Part shown: positions 48,589 through 60,500 of the stretch, piece by piece
Numbering within the stretch: position 1 is the first letter of the stretch
How the letters are laid out: each line of letters begins with the position of its first letter
Assembly: GCF_036365525.1 (NCBI RefSeq)
Contig: NC_090395.1
Location: 65,187,326-65,251,325, forward strand
Source: Heterodontus francisci
Taxonomy: Eukaryota
Direction: 5' to 3'
Length of the DNA: 64,000 bases
The notes under the pieces: generated by a model
The model's database searches: none
The model's input: only the letters and a program-made list of their open reading frames with translations
Told to the model about the DNA's origin: nothing
Made by a program: the position numbers and the translations under genes

Positions 48589-51500
48589 CTGTTAAACTAA
48601 AATAAATACACCATTTAAATGCTTGAAGCTCTGTAAAGGTGATCCAACAAAGTATGTACATTGAGCTAATTACATTTCAATCAGAAATCGAGTCAGTTTC
48701 AATGCATATATTAGCTGGCTCTGACATTTAGCATTTCCAGCAGAATTTGGTTTGCACCCTGTTTTGTTTCTATCAAGTGGATTGTTCTGGACCTCTGTTC
48801 TCCAGTATATTGACAGCTTGCTGATTTTAAATGATTGAATATCATTAAAAGACTGGAGATTTCACTATGAAGGAAATCTTGCATGAAAACTATACTGCTT
48901 TCATTTTGATGTATAAAGCATTATGCTGGTGTAATACTTTAAAGTGAAGGTGTTGGGTTGGCTGAGCACTGCAACAAAGTGCCATCACCATGGTGGGTGA
49001 GTGTACATGAGCACATAGATGTACATACAGCAGAAGTGTGGTAAATTGTGTGAGCTCTTTGAGCAGTGTCACAATCATCCTCTCCTCTTGCTTCAGGGGC
49101 CTTTATGAAAAGTGCCAATCTGCGTGAATATGCAGTTAAAACTGAGTCTAGCAAAGAAGCTTGCATTAAGCAGCAAGACCAGCTGTGCAGATACATTTAG
49201 CTTGCATCTCAGATCATTGCTGTAACTGTGTCAGTGGTATAGTAGATCTGTATCTCTTCTATATCTCTAATATGATGCATGTATCAACATCAGCTTTTGT
49301 GCACTGTGTAATATATCACTAGAAGTCTTATAATTATTACACAAGCCCAGCGATGATAAGCACAGAAAAGAGTCATAGATTTCCATGACTCTAAGCTTAA
49401 TCTATTAAAATCTGTATTGGCAAGGGTATACTGTGGTTGCTTTTCTGAGTAGAAGGAAAAGAAGAAGCAACAGAAAAGTTGGCATAGGCTGATATAAAAT
49501 TGGCGAGAATGGTTTGTAGGATGCCGATGAATGCATATGTGGGTAAGGCAGAGGGATAATTCTAAAAGTACAAACATTCATAAAGACCAGCTGACCCAAT
49601 AAACCTGTCCCATACTGATTGCCCACAGTGTCTCATAGATGCCCAGTTTTGAGCTGCTTGATCTGTTCTGAACTTATCACATTTGGCACGGTGGTAGTGC
49701 CATGCAACACGATAGCAGGTATCGTCAGTGTGTAGAGGGAGCTTTGTCTCCATGTGGATTGTGCGATGGTCACTCGCACTATGCTGTCATGGATACATGC
49801 ATCTGCAACAGGTAGATTGGTAAGAGTGAGGTCTGATAGGTTTTTCCCTCTTGTTGGTTCCCTCACCACCTGCTGCAGGCCCAGTCTGTCAGATATGTCC
49901 TTCAGGAGTCAGCTCGTTCAGGCAATAATGGTGCTTCCGAGTCACTCTTGGTGATGGGCATTGAAGTCCCCCATCCAGAGTACATTCTGTGCCCATGCTA
50001 CTCAAATAGCCTATCCACATTATTTTAAAAGACTTCAATGATATCTCCCCCCAGTCAGTTCATTTCTAGCTATGATCTTTGAACTCAGAAGCAAGAGTTC
50101 TAACCACTGAACCATGGCTGACACCTGCTCTCAGTTCCTATTGGTCTCAGTATTAAAAACAACCAACTTACTTTTTAATTCACTACCCTTACTTCAAATA
50201 CCTAACTCAGATTTTAGTTCTTAAAATGAAGCTTTTGTTAAAATACATCTTATGAAAATGCAACAATAGTGCTGTTTGTGCTTAAATTTAACAATTACTG
50301 ATCTACTAAGTGTAGAATAATTGAGAAAATCCCCAGAGTTTGCAACAGTTCCTTGAACCTACCTTTGATATTCAGCTGTTGTCATAATATCACCAGTTTG
50401 TATTTCATGTTTAATATAGATTTACTTTTATTCTCTCTCTTTCTTTCAGTGCCTGTCTGGCTTAACAACCTAGAAAATGACTCTAACTGTTCCTGTCTGT
50501 CACTTGCAATAAACTCAGTTCCATCTCTAGAAAAAAGTCCCACCGGCCATGGTACCTAAGGGTCTTTAAACTGAGATCAACCTTGTGACCCTCTAAAGCT
50601 TTTCCAGGACATCTATATCACCTAACATGTGGGTGAACCAACATTTGGACACTGTATTCTAGATGGGGTCTTACCAAGGTCTCGTACAAGGATTGTATAT
50701 TGTTTTAAATTTTGTACCTGATCAATGCATCCTAGGAGTCTCTCTGCTTTTGTTATAGCCTCATGGCATTGGTAATGAACCTTCAAAGCTTTAACAGCAA
50801 CAATAAATTGTATTTATAGAGCACCTTTAACGTAAGAAAATATCCCAAGGCCCTTCACAGGAGCATTAGAAAACAAAATATGACGCTGACCAGATAAGGA
50901 GATATTAGGTCAGATGACCAAAAGCTTGGCCAATGAAGTAGGTTTTAAGGAGTGGCTTAAAGGAGGCAAGTGAGGTAGAGAGGCAGAGAGGTGTAGGAAG
51001 GCAATTCCAGAGCTCGGGGCCTAGGTGACTGAAAGTACGGCCACCAAAAGTGGAGCGATTAAAATTGGGATGCTCGAGGCCAGAATTAGATGAGCATGGG
51101 TATCTCGGAGGGTTGTAGGACTGGAGGAGATTACAGAGATAGGGAGGGGGCGAGGCCATGGAGGGATTTGAAAACGAGGATGGAAATTTTAAAATCAAGG
51201 TGTTGCTTGACTGGGAGCCGGTGTAGGTCAGCAAGCACACGGGTGATAGGTGAATGGGACTTGGTATGAGTTAAGACACAGGCAGCAAAGTTTTGAATTA
51301 CATCAAATCTATGGAGAGTATAATGCGAGAGATCAATGAGGCATGAATGAGGGTTTCAGCAGCAGATGAGCTGAGACAGGGGTGAAGTCGGCAATGCTAC
51401 ACATGTGGAAATATGTGGTCTTAGTGATGGCGTGAATAGGAGGTCGGAAGCACATGTCTGGGTCAAATATGACATCAAGGTTGCGAATAGGCTGGTTTAA

Positions 51501-54500
51501 TCTCAGACTGTTGCCAGGGAGATGCTTGGAGTCAATAGCTAGGGAACGGTGCTTACAGCAGGGACCAAAAACAATGGCTTCAGTCCTCCCAATATTTGAT
51601 TGGTAGACGTTTCAGTTCACCCAGTACTGGATGTTGGGTAAACAGTTTGATAATTTGGCAACAGTGGAGGAGCTGATAAAGGTGTGGTGAGGTAGAACTG
51701 GGTGTTGTCAGCTACATGTGAAAACTAACTCTCTGTTTTCGAATTGACGTGCAATGACACTAGTTCTTTCTCTCACTTGACTGCATTTGCAACTCCACGT
51801 AATGCACCCATGCTTGATCTGATCCCGATCCATAATACTCCATTTATTTCTATTAAGTGACCTGTCATTGCTTCATCACATATAGATTTGCTTGTATTCT
51901 ATTTTTCATCTCAATATCTCCATCACATAAAGATGGCAGAAAGCAACAGCTTTAACACAAATCCCTGTTTGACTCCACGAGTAACTGATCCGCACTTAGA
52001 AATAGTGTCACTAATAATGGTCTTCTGCCTACAAAGATGCAACTAATTCTATACCAAACCCCATATCTACCCACTGATCCCATGCAACTGTATTTTGTTA
52101 GAGTCTATCATGTACACCTTGTCAAAATCTTTGAAAACCAAGGTATCCAATTACAATAAAAGCAAAATACTGCGGATGCTGGAAATCTGAAATAAAAACA
52201 AGAAATGCTGGAACCACTCAGCAGGTCTGGCAGCATCTGTGGAAAGAGAAGCAGAGTTAACGTTTCGGGTCAGTGACCCTTCTTCGGAACGCTGACGCCA
52301 TTGCCGGGACAGACATCCACGTGATCGGGAGGGGGAGTCGACCCACCCTGGCTATTTAAATGAGCTGCCGTGCATAGCTTCAGCACCCCAAATGCAGGGA
52401 GAGAAGAATTGGCCAGAATTTCTGCCCCAGATGCTATCCAGTAATTCCTGTTAGATGTTCTATTCGTGGACATTGGGTGCGAACAGGATAAGCCTTGGCT
52501 GTGGTACCCACTGCAGTTGATTAGCCTGCTGATATTCACTGCCTAGGCTTGTGTGAAAAACGGCCAATTGGCTGAGGTGCGAAAGGGCAAACAGTGGCAA
52601 TTGTGTTTTAACAAAGCGTCAGTGTCTTGAGAAGGAGGGGGAGAGAAAGGAAATAAAGAATTGAGTGCCTGTAATTTTGTAAACTGCATGGAATTACTGC
52701 AAATTCGGCTACGGTGGTGAATGCTGGAATGAAATGACTCAGGATCTCACACGATATTTTGTTCCATTGGATGGTGAATTTTAATGGAGTTCCCTCTCTC
52801 CCCAATCCCATGTGTTGGAATGGAAAGATTGCTTTAATCATTATACTTCTCATTAAATTTTTATATTGCTTATACGTCAAATAAATACCTACAAAGTTGT
52901 CCAAAATAGGTTTGGTGCGAGGGGCGAAATGTTCTTGGTTGGGTCACAATCCCAACGTCGGCTACAATGCAGGGTGGGGAACTCTGAATTGGCTGTGGCG
53001 GGATGTTGGTCGCAATCTTCCTGGAGGCGTTCAATTAAGAATCCGCCTCCAGGAGCCCCATCCCATTAAGGGCAGACCATGGAAGCGGGAGGTCCAATAG
53101 GAGGACTTGCAGCAATATCCGGTTGGCAGTCCCACTGGGAAAGGTGGGGGATACTGAGGCAGGCAAGAGGCTGTGACGGTGCCTCAAGATGGAGGCGCTC
53201 TCTGCAGCATCGGAAAAAGTTAAAGATTGCGCATGGCCACAGTTGTAAGGCCATCAATGTGAAAGTGGAGCCCCTCCACAGGAAGGCCTGCAGCCCCGGC
53301 TGTGGCCGTCGCATCCCTGTGGATCTGTGCTGGAGTGGAGGCGTAGATGGACACCCCCCCGGCTCTAATTGCCTGCTGTCTCCAGCCTCAATGGGGGATG
53401 GTGTGGTGGGGTGGGGGGAGCCCTTCTGCTGTTGGGAAGATCCCGGCTGCTCCATCACCTTTCCCCCAAATGGCACCTTAATGAGCCTAATCGACTACCT
53501 GCCACTGCCTTGCAGGTAGCTTCTGCCACATAGACTCTGCCTTGGGCAAGAGCGCTTGGAAGTGGGAGTGCATCTGATAGCCAACACAACGCACTATTTT
53601 GCAGCTTTACTCCTAGTTCTGCTTCCTAGCCCTCCTCTGCGGAACTGGGTAAATATAGCCCATCTATGTGTCTCTGATTAGAAAGTAGTTATTTTCTATT
53701 TTATATCAATTTTAATATTGTACTATTGCACTGTTCCATTTGCCTATTTATTTCAGAAAAATGTTTTCCTTGCTACTTACCCCCATTTCCGGTTGTTTTC
53801 GGCCTTTTCTTTCTCCGTATAAATAGAACCAGCACAGCTGCGAGGATGATGTACCATATTTTTTGGGCAGTATTACTAAAATATTGAAGTAGAATAGTTG
53901 AAACTAAGGCTTTGTACAGACAATAAAATAAGGGAAAACAATGCTTAGTTGTTTGAACTAAATAGAAGAATCGGTCTTTACTGTAATTATCCCTGAGCTA
54001 TGTTCTGGTGAGACTAGCTCTCACTGAGGGTGCACTGCAGCAACTTGCCAAGGCTTCTTGGACAACACCTTCTAAACCTACGACCTCTACCTCCTAGAAG
54101 GACAAGGACAGCAGGTGTATGGGAGCACCATCAACTTCAAGTTCCTGTCCGAAACACATTATCCTGACTTGGAAATATATCACCATTCCTTCACCATTGC
54201 TGGGTCAAAGTCCTGGAACTCCCTACCTAACAGCACTGTGGGAGCACCTTCACCACATGGACTGCAGCGGTTCAAGATGGCGGCTTATCTTCATCTTCTC
54301 AAGGGCAATTTGGGATGGGCAATAAATGTTGACCTAGCCAATGATGCTCAGATCCAATGAATGAATAAAACTGAGTGTTTTCCATGTTGGAAGGAAATCA
54401 GAAGAAAGTAGTAATGCATATCTCTCATAGGATTGCCGAATAAACCATTATTGCTAGGGCCTGGAAAAATTCTGCTTCCTGATTTTTGAAATGATTGTAT

Positions 54501-57500
54501 TAAACGGGGAAACAATTAACAAGAATTATGAGGAAATGTACAGCACTATGAAGGATGTGTGGACTGTGGTAGGTTTAAAGACGTCAGCATTGCTTAGCAT
54601 AACTCGTGAGGGCAGCAGAATTATTTATTGATTGTGACTTCAATCAAAATGACTCAAAAATTGTTATTTTGAAGACAACTATTAAATCTTACCTTGTGAT
54701 ATTGCTGGGATCTGTTGGCCTTCCGATTGTCACTAGGAGATTTGTTAAAGTAAACAAAACACCTCGATAAATAACTGATCGCAATCCACAACACAACTTT
54801 TATCTTCATTAAAACTTACATTACTTAAGAAGATGAACGCGATGGACGTGTGGGGGCGGGTGAGCGGCAGAGGGGACATATTTTATTCAGTCTGAACATT
54901 GGCTGATTTCATTTCCTTAGGCCAATTGGTCAAATTCTGGATGAATGAACAAAGATGGATTGACCAGACTTCTTTGTCCTTCCAAATCCGCTACCTCTAC
55001 TACCTAGAAGGACAAGGGCAGCAGATGCATTGGGAACACCACCACGTGCAGTTTCCCCTCCAAGGCACACACCATCCTGACTTGGGACTATAATCGCCGT
55101 TTCTTCACTGTTGTTGGGTCAATGTCCTGGAACTTCCTTCCTGCCAGCACTGTTGGTGTACCTACACCCCAAGGATTGCAGCAGTTCAAGAAGGCAGCTC
55201 ACCACCATCTTCTCAAGGGCAATTCGGGATGGCCAATAAATTCTGGCCTAGTCAGCGATGCCACATCCCATGAACGAATAGTAACAAAAAATGCCATGTA
55301 ATCTTGTGAAAAGGCAGTCTGAGGAAAAGCTGGATTCAGTTAGTGGGAGAAATGACACACGCATTTTATAAAGGGGCTAACAGTGTTAGAGACTCAACAC
55401 TCTGTGAGGTGTAGCACAACCTTTCCATTTATTTTTATGAAGGTACTAGTGTACGTTTCTAAACTGTTTCTGGACTTTTATCCCATTTTTCTATGTACTT
55501 CTGGCCTGGCGCCACTGTTAAGAGGATGGGTGAACAGCTTGTTCTGAGACCACCATCAATGATCACTTTAATCAGCCACCAGGGGCGGAATTTTCTCAGC
55601 TTTAAAAGTTTCCAGACACTGGGTCCAATTCCAGGTCCTGACCCCACTCGCTTCTGCAGTACGCCTTCCAAAGCAATCTTATGGGAGATGGTCAATTAAG
55701 AGGCTGCTTTCACATTCACCATCCAATTAAGGTTGGCAAGCAGGGTGCTGAGGCAGGAGGCCCAATGAGAGAGCCCCGAGCACAGGATGCCCAGCAGCCC
55801 CACAGGAAGAGGTGGGGATTGGGAGGGCGCCTCAAAATGGAGACGCTCTCGAAAGCCTGCTGGAGGGCCAGTCCTCTTGCGCTTGGTGTGCTCTCATTGG
55901 GCTTCCTGCCTCGGCAACCCACTTGCCATCCTTAATTGGATGGTGTATGCAGAAGCGGCCTCTTAATTAGCTGTTAGAGCCATCAGTGTGGTGGGGGGGA
56001 GCCCCTTCACAGGATTGATTGTGGCCGCAGCTGGAGCCCTTTCATCCATACAGCTCAGTGATTGGGGGATTGAGAGGAGGCTCCAATGGCTCCTGGGCCT
56101 GCTGCCAGGAGGCCGCTTCCAAGTAGTTGCTGGGCACCGGCCTCAGTGGTGTCCGGCCCGACACCAGGAACATGCCGGCGGCTTCTGAAAATGGCCCCTA
56201 AATGCGGCCTTTAGGTGTCTGAAACCACCTAGATATGACTCCACCCTCTGATACTTTTCTCCCCTGTGTAGGGAAATACTACTCAATTTCTCGCTGGCCA
56301 GTGTGGGAAAACTCAAAATGGGAGAGAATTTACGACAGAGCTGCGTCAATATATTTGCCACTGAATGGAGCTGCTCTCCCTCCCCCCATAAACTGACTGA
56401 GATACAGCACTGGACCAGCGACTGAAATAAACAGGAATAATCCTGTCTTCATTGACTTCCCATCCTCACATTGTATTCATTGAAAGTGATTCCAACACAT
56501 GTTTTATGTCCAGGTTAAGATGTCAATTAATCTAAATTTTTTGAATTCTATGTCTTGCCGCAAACAATAATATAATTAAACTTTATCGTACAATATGTAT
56601 GAGCGACATACCATCCTGACTTGGGAATATTATTTTGTTCCCTCACTGTCAGTGGGTTAAGATTCTGGAACTCCCTACACCAGAAGGACTGCAGTGGTAC
56701 AAGAAAGTAGCTCTCTACCACCTTCTCGAGGGCAATTAGGGGTTGGGCAATAAATGCTGGCCTTGCCAGCGATGCCCACATCCCACGGCTGAATGAAAAA
56801 AAAAGATGCAGAGATGTTTCCACTTACTGGGGCGGTGGGGGGTGGGGGGGGGGGGTGTTGCGAGGTGGCAGTGGGCAGTGGTGATGGTGGTGGGGAACCA
56901 AACCTAAGGAATTCAGGGAAAAAAGTTCTTTACCCAGAGAGTTGTTGGAACGTGGAACTCACTACCACAAGGAATAGTTGTTATGAATCGCACAGATGCA
57001 TTTAAGGGGAAGGGAGATGAGGAAAGGAATAGAAGATATGCTGAAAAGGTCTGATGAAGTAGGGTGGAAGGATGCCCATGTGCAGCATAAGCACTGGCAT
57101 TTGACCCATTGTTACATAGAGCTTACAGCACAGAAACAGTGAATTATCACAATTTTATATTGATTCTTACCTTCAGCAATTGTCAGGACTTTAACCTGTG
57201 TGATCTCTATGTCAAGTATTTTTTCTCTTCCACACCAGTACTCCCCTTTATCTCCTTTACTAACGCTGCTCATGGTAACAGCAAAATTATGATCATTGTT
57301 AGTAGTGATTGAAACTCTTCCATTATACAGACTTCCTATAACTCCATTAGAGCTGGCTATAATGGTGCACTTATCTTCAGAGGTTACTTTACACAGGAAT
57401 TTCTTATAGTATTTATACTGCTTTGAGTACAGACATGGTACAGTGGTGGCATTTCCCATTATGCCATTGACCTCTGATAGGATTGGTTCCCAAGAATCTG

Positions 57501-60500
57501 TTGGTGAATGAAAAAAAGTCATTAAAATTTCAAAATGCGGAAAAACTGAACATCTTGCATCGCACAAAATATAAACTTAATTAGCCAAATGTTGAAAATG
57601 TCAAAAATCTTTTCTATTCTTCAAGTACGAAGAGCATTATAGAGCCATAGAGCCCAGTGTAACCACTGACGGCCCATGTGTTCACTTTCTGCCCATTCTA
57701 ATACTATATTGTGTATATTTTTCACAATATTTCATATGTTGGTCCAAATTTGGTAAATCCTCTCTGCTTTCTGTAAATGCGGTGCAAACACTTAACATGT
57801 TAGGGTAACATTTCTAAATAGATAGGTAACTCCATATATAGTACAAGTCAAGAAAGAGACCTGTGGATAGTGTTGGTTATACACTAAAGATATGCAAGCA
57901 ATGTTAGGTTGTTATTTATAAGTCAGATAGAGTTTTAATGTGTATTGCTAGAAGCTGATTTTTTTAACTGTATGCAAGTGGATGGGTTTGAATGAGTTAA
58001 AATCTTGCCCATTCAGTTCAAAATGGACTATGCAAGGCTGAGTTCATTCACCCTTGAAGTATTGAAGGTGAAGTCAATGGAAAAGAAAATTAGGAGGCAT
58101 GGGAAACAGGCTGCCGATTCACAATCACCCATTTTGTGCTATTGCCCAAGACCAATTGCATCCCCATTTGGGCCTGAGTTCATTACTGCCCGTAGCCGGA
58201 TGCAATCTGTGCAGCATGAAGAATGGAGAGGCCCATGGATCTTCCTAAATTAGGGGAGGGGAGGAGGAGGTGATGATTGAAGGTTGTTGGGGGAGGGGGT
58301 GGTGGTGTAAGCGTGGACTTCATGTGTTTGCAGCCTTAATGTGGCGGTAGGAGGAACAGGGCTGCAGGCTTTTCCAAGGCCTCCACTTACCCGATTAGGC
58401 TGCTGTAAAGCCTTTAGTCGAAGCTTGAAGTAACATGCCCTCCAACTTGTTTTGATGAAGTGACACCAATGGGTCACAGAAGATTCATTTCAATATTGAA
58501 ATGACGACTACATTCATTTCAGGCAGCTGCCATTGCTGCTTTATAAAAGGGCGCACTGAATTAAACAGTATCCCAGACAGCTGGAGAAATTAGCGATGTT
58601 TTACTATGGAGATCTGGAGGTTCTAATGGAATTTAAAAAAATTCTTTCATGGGATGTGAGCATCGCTGGCTAGGCCATCATTTGTTGCCCATCCCTAATT
58701 GCCCTTGAGAAGGTGGTGACGAGCCGCCTTCTTGAACCACTGCAGTGCCTCTAGTGTAGGTACACCCATCATACTGTTAGGAAGGGTGTTCCAGGATTTT
58801 GACCCGGCAATAATGAAAGAATGGTAATCCACACCCAAGTCAGGATGATGGGTGGCTTGGAGGGGAACTTGTAGGTGGTGGTGTTCCCATGCATCTGCTG
58901 CCCTTGTCCTTCCAGGTGGTAGAGGTTGTGGGTTTGGAAGGTGCAGTTGAAGGAGCATTGCTGCAGTGCATCTTGCAGATGGTACACACTGCTGCCACTG
59001 TGCACCGATGGTGGAGGGAGTGAATGTTGAAGCTGGTCGATAGGGTGCAAATCAAGCAGGCTGCTTTGTCCTAGAATGTGTTGAGCTTCTTGAGTGTTGT
59101 TGGAGCTGAACCCATTCAGGCAAGTGGAGAATATTCCATCACACTCCTGACTTGTGCCCTGTAGATGATGGACAGCCACTGAGGAGACAGGTGGTGAGTT
59201 ACTTACCACAGAATTCCCTGCCTCTGATTTGTTCTTGTAGCCACAGCATTTATGTAGCTAGTCCAGCTCAGTTTATGGTCAATGGTGACCCCCAGGATGT
59301 TGATAGTGGGGGATTCAGCAATGGTAATGCCATTGAACGTCAAGGGGAGATGGCTAGATTCTCTCTTGTTTGAGATGGTCATTGCCCGGCACTTGTGTGG
59401 CGCAAATTTTACTTGCCACTTATTAGCCCAAACCTGAATGTTGTCCAGGTTTTGTTGCATGTGGACATGGACTGCTTCAGTATTTGATGAGCTGTGAATG
59501 GTATTGAACACTGTGCAATCATCAGGCAACATCCCCATTTTCTGACCTTATGGTAGAAGGAAAGTCATTGATGAAGCAGCTGACGTTGGTTGGGCCTAGG
59601 ACACTACCCTGAGGAACTCGTGCAGTGATGTTCAGGGGCTTAGATGTTTGGCCTCTAACAGTCAATATTTCTTTGTGCTAGGTATGACTCCAACCAGTGG
59701 AGAGTTTACCTCCTGATTCCCATTAACTTCAATTTGCCTAGGATTTCTTGACACCACACTTGGTCAAATGCTGCCTTGATGTCAAGGGTAGTCACTCTCA
59801 CCTCACCTCTTGAATTCAGCTCTTTTGTCCTTGTTTGGACCAAGGCTGCAATGAGGCCCGGAGCTGAGTGGCCTTGGCGGAACCCAAACCTGCATGGTGA
59901 GCAGGTTATTGCTGAGAAAGTGCTGCTTGATAGTACTATTGATGATTCCTTTCATTGCCTTGATGATGATCGAGAGTAGACTGATGGGGCGGTAATTGGC
60001 TGGAATGGATTTATCCTGCTTTTTGTGGACAGGACATACCTGGGCAATTTTCCACATTGCCGGGTAGATGCCAGCGTTGTAGCTGTATTGGAACAGCTTG
60101 GCTAGGGGCGCGGCTAGTTCTGGAGCACAAGTCTTCAGTACTACAACCGAGTTGTCGTCGGGCCCCGTAGCCTTTGCTGTATCCAGTGCCTTCAGCTGTC
60201 TCTTGATATCACGTGGAGTGAATTGAGTTGGCTGAAGACTGACATCTATGATGCTGGGGACCTCAGGAGGAGGCTGAGATGGATCATCCACTTGGCACAT
60301 CTGGCTGAAGATGTTTGCAAATTTAAGATTTGTAGAATTATGAGGGAAAGGATGTCTAAATAGGTTGATGGAGATAGTTAGGAATGGTAGGATGAGAGGT
60401 TATTATTTGATGCATAAACATTCCTAGTATGTGCTGCATTGTGCACAGGGAGCATGACAATAGCTGAGTAAGCTGAGCTCATATTATGGCCCACACAGCC

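Noticed and set aside
50420-50460. Strong + strand acceptor ttctctctctttctttcag
   Set aside because: No + strand gene context; better explained as the purine-rich coding strand of the putative - strand exon.
53066-53519. Overlapping 136-146 aa ORFs on both strands
   Set aside because: They lie within a GC-rich MITE-like repeat, have no recognisable domain and no splice context.
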